From the human T2T-CHM13v2.0 reference genome, Homo sapiens: a stretch of DNA of 64,000 nucleotides. A program made the position numbers and the translations under genes. Below the pieces are notes generated by a model, which was not told where the DNA came from, did not search any database, and saw only the letters and a list, made by a program, of their open reading frames with translations. Shown here in pieces: positions 40,217-58,400 of the stretch; within the stretch, counting starts at the first letter, position 1, and every line of letters begins with the position of its first letter. The stretch lies in assembly GCF_009914755.1 (NCBI RefSeq), contig NC_060926.1; one strand, given 5' to 3'.

Positions 40217-41367
40217 GGCCGGCTGGGGCAGCTGGCACTCACCAGGCCTGGGTCAGGTGGGGAGGGGACACCAAGGGCCCATTTCCTCCCCTCTCTACCT
40301 GCAGTGAGTTCCAGACCTGCCCGTCCCCTCACCAGCGCCTCCCCACCCTGTTGGTACTGTTCCAGAAAAACTGTTACTCCCCCTCACCCACTCCCTCCTT
40401 CCCCAGTTGTTCCCTTCAGACTCAGGGGCTCCACCAATGCCATCCCAAAACAGGGTCAGACACTGCCCAGCTTCCCTCCAGGAGGTTCTTGTCTCTGTGT
40501 AAGGGCTTGTCTCCCTCCCAGTTTTTCTTTTGCTCCACGTCATTTTGTCAGGCTGGTTATAAGCCGGAGGCAGCTTTAACCAGCCCCCAGGGATGATTGT
40601 GAAGGAGGCCCCTCCCCTTGTGAGGAGGGGGCACTCCTCTCCAGCCCCTGGTACCACAGTCCTCACGATGGTGCAGTGATTTCTAGCCAGGCGTCAAGAT
40701 GCGCTGCTTTCCCTCTCCTGCCTCATCCCTTGTTGGCAGCTCCAGTTCAGGCCGTGGAGGGACGTGATGCTGGGCTGTGTTTACTAAACCCACGGGTTTT
40801 CAGCCTCTTAAGCCCAGCTCCGATCTCCAATTAGTTGAGAGCGCTGGGTTGACTAACCTCTGGTATCTGAGCACAGACAGAGGGTGCTGTGGGTCTGCTG
40901 GGTGGCAGAAATGGTTCCTTCCGGCTTGGCGTTCTCTCCTGGCCACTCTTCCTGCTGCCTCTGACTACTCAGCCTTGTTTTCGGTGTGTAGGCCCCAGCT
41001 GCCCACTGGAACTGCCGGCTAATGCTTGCTCTCCCAAGATCTTTAACTCCTCCTGGCTGCACCTGGGTAGGGATGGTGGCATCGATGCCCCTCTGTCTGC
41101 TGAAGGACCTGTTGCTGCTTCTGTCTTTTCACCCCTCCTTGGCTGATGACCCAGAGCCCTCTGATGATGGCATTCTCCTGGCAAGAGAAAAAGACTTAAC
41201 TAGACTTCTGAACTTGAACAGTTTCAGGTTATATTTTAATTTTTTTTTTTTTGTACAGGTTCTGATTCTAATACATTTCAACATGCTTTTGTCCCCCCTC
41301 GTGTCAATATTTGTTATAGACTAATCGCCGGGGATTTTTCACCTGGTTGGAGGGTGGGGGTGGGGTG

Positions 41368-41370
<3 letters not shown>

Positions 41371-41412
<42 letters not shown>
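41371..41412 (+). repeat. (TG)21 microsatellite in COPS7B 3' UTR
   Basis: Direct inspection. Confidence 0.97.
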
Positions 41413-41416
<4 letters not shown>

Positions 41417-41471
41417 TAGGTCCTGGACTGATTAAAGTTCATTGAGGAAAAAGCACATTTTACAACAAAAA

Positions 41472-41477
41472 AATAAA
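41472..41477 (+). terminator. Proximal polyadenylation signal AATAAA (ATTAAA also at 41431)
   Basis: Hexamer followed by GT/T-rich sequence at about 41490-41515. Confidence 0.6.
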
Positions 41478-41797
41478 AGTGTAGATTTAATGTATGTGAC
41501 TGGGGTTTGGGGTTGCATACCTGGTGGATCTTGAGGGGCTGGGATTAGGGTGGTTCAGGAAAATGTGATGCTGTTTCCCCATGTTTAGCCATGGTCAAAA
41601 AATGGATTTCTCCTTTTTCTAAAATGTCCAGCAACTGCCTACTGTTGATCAAATGTTGAAGTATTCTTGTTTCCCTTTTAAGCCAATCCATGTGCCCACA
41701 TAACATTATGCCCAAGTGGAGAGTTCACTTTAATTTCCAAAGTATGTTTCATGCAGCCCCCTGTCAGCTGCTCTGTGGAAAAGGGGTTCTGTTATGA

Positions 41798-41803
41798 AAT
41801 AAA
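41798..41803 (+). terminator. Distal polyadenylation signal AATAAA
   Basis: Canonical hexamer near the end of the unique 3' region. Confidence 0.65.
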
Positions 41804-42644
41804 TGTTGCACTCCCTGCATCCCATATCCTCATTGGAAATTCATTACTCAGGTGTCCAAGCATTCCTTGTTGAGGAAGCCTGTACCCACATCGATTTTAC
41901 CGCCAAATCCTTTTGGGTAATATCTAGGTGGAACAAATCTTAGGGAAATTTTGGGGAAAGTATATTTCTGAAGAAGCCTAAGAGTGCTGGGCGCAGTGAC
42001 TCATGCCTGTAATCCCAACACTTTGGGAGGCTGAGGTGGGAGGATCATTTGAGCCCGGGAGTTTGAGGCCAGTCCACACAACATAGTGAGATCCCATCTC
42101 TGCTACAAATAAAACCCTAAGAGAAGCTGAACACCTTTCAACCTTACAGGTTTTCCCAGCTATTCTTTCTAGACCTCAAACAGTCACTCTCAGCAAGTTT
42201 TCTTTCATTCTTGTTTTTCCCACTGGCAAGTAGACTAGGAAACATGGTTTGACTTGTATGAAGTCTGTGACCATTCTTTATTTGATTGCCCCAAGGCCCT
42301 AAGGGTCCTCTCCATGATTCACCTTCCTTAAAAATAATGATGGCGACAATAATAACTTGTCTCTAAAGTGCTTTACAAAGTGTGTTTGCATACAATAAGT
42401 CATTCAGTCCCTTCCACCCAAACAGCCTTCTGAGGTTGGTAAGGGTATTCAGCCATCTTCGCTTTGCATATGAGAAGACAATCTCAAAGATTTGAAGTGT
42501 CCCAGTGGTAACTGGCAGAAGGAGAACTCTTAGATCTCCTGACTTGCACATCCTGTCATCTGCTGTGTTACATTCTCATCTAGAGTCTGCTCTCCACACT
42601 TGATCCTTGCTACCCCTCTACCTGCTGCTGTTCCTCTGAGAGTT

Positions 42645-43462
42645 CATCTTGCCTTTATTTTGAGGGAGGGAGGGGCAAGCCCAGTGTTAGTGTTGATTTT
42701 GCCCTCAAGGACCCTGGCGGGGAAGCAGTAGTGTTCCCATTGTAGAGGCCAGAAAAGCTGCCCAGTGACACAGCCAGGATCAGTCATGGAGCCATGATAG
42801 GCCAGAGCCTGAGCTCCCAGCCACTGAGGAGGGGTGGCAGAGGATTGTTTGGCCAGGTCTGTGTGGGCTGAAGGCTTGGTGACCAGGGACGACATGATCA
42901 TCTGCAAGACCAATGCTATCACTGCCCTGAGGATGTTCTTCCCCCGAAAGTTTGCCTCCAATAGCACAGGCACCTGCGTCTCAGATGGTGGTGACATCTG
43001 AGTACTTGGACTTCATCAGCTGCCTGTAGGAGGTGAGGTAGCAGGAGGTGAGGGCAATACTCCCTTCAGCTTCAGCAGGTGAAAAGTGTGGTTCTCAATG
43101 AAGTTGAGCTAGTGTGTGCCAGGTCTCCTTCTACAGTGGGTACGCGTCATACAGGATCCCATCAAAGCGACCACCTGGCAGGGGAGCGCCACCTCCTTCC
43201 ACAGGACTTTCAAGGGGATGACCTTGTGTGGCTGCTGCTGGGTCCAGTCCTGGAGCAGCTGGAAGATGCTGTCATTGCACTCCATGATCCAGTGTTCCTG
43301 GATGGCGACCTCCTGCACCTTCCATATTCTTGTGGCCATGCCGAAGCCCACCTCTAAGACTCGGCCCCCTTTGGAGGTGGTGAAGGCAGCGAAGGGGGTT
43401 GCAGTAGGGGCGCTCTTGCTGCAGATGGAGCCCCAACTTGGAACCCGACGTGCCAGGGCCCA
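42645..43462 (-). pseudogene. Processed pseudogene of guanidinoacetate N-methyltransferase (GAMT)
   Basis: Minus-strand fragments [55 protein letters not shown] and ETQVPVLLEANFRGKNI match GAMT; intronless; start codon reads AAG (43417-43415); AATAAA at 42659-42654. Confidence 0.93.
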
Positions 43463-45784
43463 GTCCCTGCAGCCATCTCACTTTTCACATACCTCATTTC
43501 TGCTTGCCAAACCCACCCAGCCACTTAATAAGGAAGCAGAGAGTATGGGATAGAGAAATTGTGGGAATAGTGGCCCAGCCAGATGTTCATTGCTCCACTG
43601 GGACTCTGATAGGAGGCTTGGCCTTCAAGCTCTGCAGTTTCCTGTCTGGCACCCTGGCAGCTGGGCTCAAGTCTAAAATGTGCAGAAGTGTTTTATAGAT
43701 AAATAGAACATTCCAAAGAGATGGCCTCATCAGCAGTGAGACATCTTAGGGAAGGAGACACCACAGTATTAAAGAGAATTACCTCAATGGCAGTGCCTGT
43801 GAGCTGGCTTGAGCCACCTTCTTTACCTCTGAGCTTTCTGCCTTCTGAAGCCCTTTTTGCTCTTTCTGTTCAGATGAGAGGCATTATGGTTCCTATTTGG
43901 GTAACATTAGGGAGGTGGTCAAAGCCCCCAGTATAGCCCATTCCTGTAGTCCTAATCCAAGATGGTCATCACTGATAGTAGGATTCTCCTCTCCCCATTT
44001 CAGTCACAGGAAATGGGGTGGTGACCAAACAAGCTCAAGTGATAAACTGCTGGTGATATGTATATATGTTTGTTGTTTTCTCCACCTCTGAGGTGCTGGG
44101 TTGCCTGATACCAAAGTGTTCCAGTTTGTGTACTAAAGTTGTTTTTCTGGCAGCCTGAGACTTCGCTTTTTAAAAAATGCAGCAATTGGTTGATTTTTGT
44201 TGTTCCTGAAGGACCCATCACACTACCCACGGTATCTGAGTTTCAAGTCTAGCATGGCTTGGGTAATCTGTGATTGTACCTGTTTCTTCCTGGGATTCTG
44301 CACATAGCCAGGAGCATCTCATTGCTTCATTCCGTGTTTTCTTGCAGTTATGCCTGGGATATGCAGATGGAAATGCATATTTTATTGTAAATTTCATTTT
44401 ATATCTAGCTTATATTACCCTTAGGGCATTAAGTGGGTCTTTTAAACTTATGTCTGTTAAGTAGGTTGTCTGTGACTTGACGTCGGGCAGTAAAGGTAGA
44501 TGCTAAGCAAGTATTTATTATCAAAAGGAAATGTTGAGTCAACATTAAGGGTGAGAACTGCTCTTCGTGGTTAAGGATAAAACCAAGAAGGAAAGAAGTG
44601 ATGGGAATGCAGAGACAGGAGGCAGCCCAGCTCTTCTTGGGGTTGTTTACGCCCATCCTTGCGTTGGTCTGCGGCGTTTCCCCAGCAGACACCACTGTGG
44701 GCTACTCTAATGACTTCTCTTTCCTCCTCGAACAACTTCTGGAGAAGTCGCACCGTTGCAGAGTGGTGCCGCTACACATTGATCATCTAACCTTACCTGG
44801 GTCCTCAGCTATAGGGCCGTCTGTCTCGAGTCAGCTGTCACTTAAAAGTTTCACCATTTTCTCTGGTTTGACTTGCTGAAAAAAAAAAAAGAAACATTAA
44901 AAAATTTCACTATTTTCTTAAAATAGTTTACCTTATCACACCCTCTCATGTTCACTGGATGACTATCCTTTCTTCCTGGTGAAAGCAGAAACCCTCAGTT
45001 TCTCATCTTGCACCTACAGACTCATCTGCAATCCTTACCTCCTTGGGAAAAAAAGACGTCTCTCTTTCCATGTGAGTATCAGTCATCCCCCTGTGCCATT
45101 TCATTTTCTGGTTTTCAGTCCACCCTGCCTTTTCTCCGCAAAGTTTTCACTTCTGTGTCTTTAGCCTTTCCTCTAATGGATGTAGGTGTTGAATAATTTT
45201 ACATTTAAGGGGACCCTCCCTGAACCTGATGTCCCTTTCCAGCCGCTGCCTTTTTCATCCTTAACGACCATGCTTCTTGAGAGTTGTCTACCCTTTCTGT
45301 CCCTCTCTTCTCCTTCACTGACACGTGACATTCTACTGCTACCCAGCCACTGATCATTTTCCTGTCAAGGGGACCATTGATCTCCAACTTGCTATCCTCC
45401 TAAGTTTTTATCTGGCTTGATCTTTGTGTTACACTTGGCACTGTTGGGCCCACTTCTTTAAGTGTTCTCTTAGTTTTCATGGCTCCAGTCTCTCCAGATT
45501 TTCCTGTGTTCCTTGACCTATTTTAACATTTCTTCAGGGGGGCACCTCTTCCTTTGGAGTTGGTGGTGTTTTCTAGGGTTCCATTGTGACCTCATTTTAC
45601 TTTTATACATCTCCAGAAGTTATATGATTCACTGCCATGGTTCCACTTTCATTTATAATGCCCAAATCTCTACCTCTGGCTTGTTCTGCCAACATGAATA
45701 GTCAGCAGCCACCTGGACATTTCTGCTTGCCATCTCCCAGGTCCACTCCTGTAGTCGGTAATCGGTGCCCACCATTCACGAAGT

Positions 45785-46478
<694 letters not shown>

Positions 46479-46561
46479 GCCATTTGCCTGAGCAAGAACT
46501 GGGGGTTCTTCCTTAACTCCTCTGTGTTGCGTATCTGATTCACCACATCTTGACCGTTCTA

Positions 46562-49423
<2,862 letters not shown>

Positions 49424-49504
49424 TATTTTATTATTGTTTGAACCCATCCTTTTTCCATCTCCTCTGCCACCTCAAGCATTTGAAAATTTATTCATTCAGT
49501 GCAC

Positions 49505-51534
<2,030 letters not shown>

Positions 51535-52730
51535 CTAGTTGAGACCCGTTACCAAACTCCAACAAAGATAAGTTTATTCTTTTAAAATAACCTTGTTTGT
51601 GTAGATGAAAACAATTCTGTAAAATTCGACCTATAATCCTGTCATGAATTAGACAATTTAAGAAAAAGGATGCTTCCCTAATGTGATAAGATATGCATAT
51701 TTAAGTCCAGTGACCACATTGTTATTCCAGTAGAAACACCAAGGCCTTCCCACAAAAGCAGTGATCTTGATATGCTCCTGACCATTCAAAATGAGTTTTA
51801 AATCTGAACCGCGACTGATGGTTCTAGCAAGAAGAGAGCCCTCCAGTCACTGAACTGCTGTGGTTCCCAGAAAACGCTGTATCCATCTGCACCCCTTGTC
51901 TTTTGACTACCCTGTCCACCCTCCCTGGGTTTCCTTCCTCATCCACCTGGCAAACACTCATCTATGAAAACCTTTTTCCAACCTCCCATTTCCAGGGGTA
52001 ATCACTCCCACTCTGCAGTGTTTGAGCACTGCACAACTTTTTCTGTTTGCACCTGTTACCCTGCATTACATTCCTCTGTTAAAGCATCTGACCCCTTTGT
52101 ACTAGAGTGTGAGCTCCCTCAGGGGAGGGACTGTGCTCTACAGTCCCTGTGTCTGCCTTGCCTCGCATAATGCTTAGCACATAATCCATAAGGCATGTCC
52201 TGCAGGAACTGCTGCAGGCACAGTCTGGTCCACTGTGATAGGGGATGGAGTCTGAAGTCACCAGGAGCCCTGGATGCTGGAGTCACACTGCTTTTTTGGG
52301 CTTGCACTAATCGTTGCCAAAAAATGTTCTTCAGGGTTGTGGCTCCCAGTGGGTAGGCCTATGCCAACTTAGGCTTGCCCAGCTGGGGTAGCCAGCACCT
52401 GAGCACTTACTATGTACTAGGTGCTGGGTTAAACACTGCATGGGTAGCTCACTGGATCCTCACAATGACTCTAAGGTAGGTGCTATTATAACTCCTGTTT
52501 TCCTACTGAGGAAAGAAGTTCTGAGTTACTTTATGATGGAGTTGGGACTTCTATCTGGGTGTGCCTCAGGCAAAGCCACCCTCCCACAGGATTTGCTGAC
52601 CTGAGGTTGAGGCTCTTCTGGAAGGCTGGGGGTGGCAGAGATCAAGGCCCAGGTTTAGGGCTCAAGACTGGGCAAGGGTAGGCAGCAAAGGGGCTACTAG
52701 CTCTGCCAGGCTGTTCATAGTGTTCTGTAA

Positions 52731-53416
<686 letters not shown>

Positions 53417-53564
53417 TTGATGTCAATAAGAATGGTGCTACCTCTTTAATTCCATCATGTGGATGTGTCAATTTGTACAGCCGTTCTCCTAACCCTGAGA
53501 AAAGTATCTCGATTCACAAAAACGTTTCCACATGTGTAATCCAGATGTCAGCCTGCCGTTTTGA

Positions 53565-54108
<544 letters not shown>

Positions 54109-54113
54109 TAGAA

Positions 54114-54171
54114 CAGTAGCTTTCAACCAGGGACAGTTTTGCCATGGGGACCTTTGGCAATATTTGGAGAC
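54114..54171 (+). mobile_element. MER20 (hAT-Charlie) left part
   Basis: CAGTAGCTTTCAACCAGGGACAGTTTTGCCATGGGGACCTTTGGCAATATTTGGAGAC resembles the MER20 5' end CAGTGGTTCTCAACCGGGGGCGATTTTGCCCCCCAGGGGACATTTGGCAATGTCTGGAGAC. Confidence 0.85.
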
Positions 54172-55264
54172 TTTTTTATTGGTAATTTTTATTGAGATAA
54201 TTGTAGATTCATATGCAGTAGTAAGAAATAACACAGAGGGATCCTTTGTATACTTTGTTCAGTTTCTCTCAATGGTAACATTTTGCAAAACTAGCATAGG
54301 ACAACCAGGATACTGGTTTATTTGTGTATGTGTGCATGTGTGTTAAGTTCTGTGCAATCTTACCACTTACATAGGTTTGTGTTTCCACCACAGTCAAGAT
54401 ACTGAACATTCCCATCATCACAAGGCTCCCTCTTGTTGCTCTTTAATAGCTACACCCACTTCCCTCCTGCCCGCACCCCCTCCATTATCCTGGCAACCAC
54501 AAAACAGTTCTCCATTTCTGTGACTTTTTCATTTCAACATTGTTATATAAATAGAATTATACAACATGTCACCTTTGGGAATTGTCTTTTTTCACTCAGC
54601 ATAATTCCCTGGAGATTCATCCAGGTCGTGTGTATCAGTAGTTCACTCCTTTTCATTGCCAAGTAGTAGTCCACAGTATGGATGTACCACAGTGTGTTTA
54701 ACCATTCACCTGTTAAAGGACATCTGGATGGTTTCCAGTTTAAGGCTATTAATAAAGCTGCAATAAACGTGTGTGCAGGTTTTGGTGTGAACACAGTCTT
54801 CATTTCTCTGAGATAATTGCCCAGGAGTGCAGCTGCTGGGTCGTATGGTAGTTGTGTGTTTAGTTTTGTAAGAACTGCCAACTTTTCCAGAGTGACTATC
54901 ATCTTACATTTCCATCAGCTGTGTAGGAATGATCCAGTTTCTCCACATCTTGCCAGCATTGGGTGTTATCACTGTTTTAGATTTTAGCCATTTGATAGGT
55001 GTGTAGTCTTCAGCCATACCACCCTGAACATACCGCATCTTGTCTGATAGGTATGTACCTATCACAAAACCTCATTAAGGTTTGAATGTGCATTTCCCTA
55101 GTGGCTAATGATGTTGAATATCTTTTCATGTCCCTATTTGTCATCTCTATATCGTCTTTGGTGAAATGACTCTTTATGTCTTTTGTTCATTTTCTAATTG
55201 GCTTGTTTTATTTACTGTTGAGTTTTGAGAGTTCTTTATATATTCCAGGTACTAGTCCTTTATC
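54172..55264 (-). mobile_element. Old L1 (L1MB/L1MC-like) 3' fragment inserted in MER20
   Basis: L1 3' region similarity (LPYDPA..LLGNY, WYIHTVDYY peptides); flanked by ATATTTGGAGAC / ATATCTGGAGAC duplication. Confidence 0.85.
55006..55048 (+). pseudogene. 5S rRNA 5' fragment (tailless retropseudogene) inside an L1
   Basis: GTCTTCAGCCATACCACCCTGAACATACCGCATCTTGTCTGAT vs 5S GTCTACGGCCATACCACCCTGAACGCGCCCGATCTCGTCTGAT; flanked by TGATAGGTGTGTA / TGATAGGTATGTA. Confidence 0.88.
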
Positions 55265-55439
55265 ATATCTGGAGACATACGTGGTTATCACCATGGGGTG
55301 GGTGGGAAGAGTTCTGCCACTGGCACCTAGTGGGTAGAGGCCAGGGATGCTGATAAACATCCTACAAAGTACAGGCCAGCCGCCACATCAGAGAATAATC
55401 TGCTCCAAATAGAAATAGTGCCCAGAGTGAGAAACCCTG
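55265..55439 (+). mobile_element. MER20 right part ending in TIR ...GAGAAACCCTG, followed by CTCTAGAA target site
   Basis: CTGGCACCTAGTGGGTAGAGGCCAGGGATGCTGATAAACATCCTACA...AATAGTGCCCAGAGTGAGAAACCCTG matches the MER20 3' half. Confidence 0.9.
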
Positions 55440-58400
55440 CTCTAGAAACCCTACAGTGTACAGGCCAGCCGCCACATCAGAGAATAATCTGCTCCAAAAA
55501 GAAATAGTGCCCAGAGTGAGAAACCCTGCTCTAGAAACCCTACAGTGTACAGGCCAGCCGCCACATCAGAGACTAATCTGCTCCAAAATAGAAATAGTGC
55601 CCAGAGTGAGAAACCCTGCTCTAGAAACCCTACAGTGTACAGGCCAGCCGCCACATCAGAGAATAATCTGTTCCAAACTAGAAATAGTGCCCAGAGTGAG
55701 AAACCCTGCTCTAGAAACCCTAGAGTGTACAGGCCAGCCGCCACATAAGAGAATAATCTGCTCCAAACTAGAAATAGTGCCCAGAGTGAGAAACCCTGCT
55801 CTAGAAACCCTACAGTGTACAGGCCAGCCGCCACATCAGAGAATAATCTGCTCCAAATAGAAATAGTGCCCAGAGTGAGAAACCCTGCTCTAGAAACCCT
55901 ACAGTGTACAGGCCAGCCGCCACATCAGAGAATAATCTGCTCCAAATAGAAATAGTGCCCAGAGTGAGAAACCCTGCTCTAGAAACCCTACAGTGTACAG
56001 GCCAGCCGCCACATCAGAGAATAATCTGCTCCAAATAGAAATAGTGCCCAGAGTGAGAAGCCTTGCTCTAGAAATCCTACAGTGTACAGGCTCCAGAAAC
56101 CCTGCTCTAGAAACCCTACAGTGTACAGGCCAGCCGCCACATCAGAGAACAATCTGCTCCAAAATAGAAATAGTGCCCACAGTGAGAAACCCTGCTCTAG
56201 AAACCCTAGAGTGTACAGGCCAGCCGCCACATCAGAGAATAATCTGCTCCAAATAGAAACAGTGCCCAGAGTGAGAAGCCTTGCTCTAGAAATCCTACAG
56301 TGTACAGGCTCCAGAAACCCTGCTCTAGAAACCCTACAGTGTACAGGCCAGCCGCCACATCAGAGAATAATCGGCTGCAAAATAGAAATAGTGCCCAGAG
56401 TGAGAAGCCTTCCTCTAGAAATCCTACAGTGTACAGGCTCCAGAAACCCTGCTCTAGAAATCCTACAGTGTACAGGCGAGCCGCCACATCAGAGAATAAT
56501 CTGCTCCAAATTAGAAATAGTGCCCAGAGTGAGAAACCCTGCTCTAGAAAACCTACAGTGTACAGGCCAGCCGCCACATCAGAGAATAATCTGCTCCAAA
56601 TAGAAATAGTGTTCAGAGTAAGAAACCCTGCTCTAGAAACCCTACAGTGTACAGGCCAGCCGCCACATCAGAGAATAATCTGCTCCAAACTAGAAATAGT
56701 GCCCAGAGTTAGAAACCCTGCTCTAGAAACCCTACAGTGTACAGGCCACCCCCCACATCAGAGAATAATCTGCTCCAAATAGAAATAGTGCCCAGAGTGA
56801 GAAACCCTGCTCTAGAAACCCTACAGTATACAGGCCAGACGCCACATCAGAGAATAATCAGCTCCAAATAGAAATAGTGCCCAGAGTGAGAAACCCTGCT
56901 CTAGAAACCCTACAGTGTACAGGCCAGCCGCCACATCAGAGAATAATCTGCTACAAATAGAAATAGTGTCCAGAGTGAGAAACCCTGCTCTAGAAACCTT
57001 ACAGTGTACAGTCCAGCCGCCATATCAGAAAAATCATCTGCTCCAAATAGAAAGAGTGCCCAGAGTGAGAAACCCTGCTCTAGAAACCCTACAGTGTACA
57101 GGCCAGCCGCAACATCAGAGAATAATCTGCTCCAAACTACAAATAGTGCCCAGAGTGAGAAACCTTGCTCTAGAAACCTTGCAGTGTACAGGCCAGCCGC
57201 CACATCAGAGAATAATCTGCTCCAAATAGAAATAGTGCCCAGAGTGAGAAACCCTGCTCTAGAAACCCTACAGTGTACAGGCCAGCCGCCACATCAGAGA
57301 ATAATCTGCTCCAAATAGAAATAGTGCCCAGAGTGAGAAACCCTGCTCTAGAAACCCTACAGTGTACAGGCCAGCCGCCACATCAGAGAATAATCTGCTC
57401 CAAATAGAAATAGTGCCCAGAGTGAGAAGCCTTGCTCTAGAAATCCTACAGTGTACAGGCTCCAGAAACCCTGCTCTAGAAACCCTACAGTGTACAGGCC
57501 AGCCGCCACATCAGAGAACAATCTGCTCCAAAATAGAAATAGTGCCCACAGTGAGAAACCCTGCTCTAGAAACCCTAGAGTGTACAGGCCAGCCGCCACA
57601 TCAGAGAATAATCTGCTCCAAATAGAAACAGTGCCCAGAGTGAGAAGCCTTGCTCTAGAAATCCTACAGTGTACAGGCTCCAGAAACCCTGCTCTAGAAA
57701 CCCTACAGTGTACAGGCCAGCCGCCACATCAGAGAATAATCGGCTGCAAAATAGAAATAGTGCCCAGAGTGAGAAGCCTTCCTCTAGAAATCCTACAGTG
57801 TACAGGCTCCAGAAACCCTGCTCTAGAAATCCTACAGTGTACAGGCGAGCCGCCAAATCAGAGAATAATCTGCTCCAAATTAGAAATAGTGCCCAGAGTG
57901 AGAAACCCTGCTCTAGAAAACCTACAGTGTACAGGCCAGCCGCCACATCAGAGAATAATCTGCTCCAAATAGAAATAGTGTTCAGAGTAAGAAACCCTGC
58001 TCTAGAAACCCTAGAGTGTACAGGCCAGCCGCCACATCAGAGAATAATCTGCTCCAAACTAGAAATAGTGCCCAGAGTTAGAAACCCTGCTCTAGAAACC
58101 CTACAGTGTACAGGCCACCCCCCACATCAGAGAATAATCTGCTCCAAATAGAAATAGTGCCCAGAGTGAGAAACCCTGCTCTAGAAACCCTACAGTATAC
58201 AGGCCAGACGCCACATCAGAGAATAATCAGCTCCAAATAGAAATAGTGCCCAGAGTGAGAAACCCTGCTCTAGAAACCCTACAGTATACAGGCCAGACGC
58301 CACATCAGAGAATAATCAGCTCCAAATAGAAATAGTGCCCAGAGTGAGAAACCCTGCTCTAGAAACCCTACAGTGTACAGGCCAGCCGCCACATCAGAGA

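Larger units (their letters stand above)
40217..41825 (+). other. COPS7B: COPS7B 3' UTR (end approximate)
   Basis: Sequence free of interspersed repeats after the stop codon, up to the distal AATAAA. Confidence 0.8.

Noticed and set aside
41144-41211. C/D-box snoRNA-like arrangement (TGATGA ... CTGA) in the COPS7B 3' UTR
   Set aside because: Exonic location, no convincing terminal stem, no recognisable rRNA guide; short motifs expected by chance
55430-55465. Heat-shock element or steroid response element in each unit
   Set aside because: CTCTAGAA lacks the TTC and a third correctly spaced nGAAn; ACA-G-TGT has a 1-bp rather than 3-bp spacer
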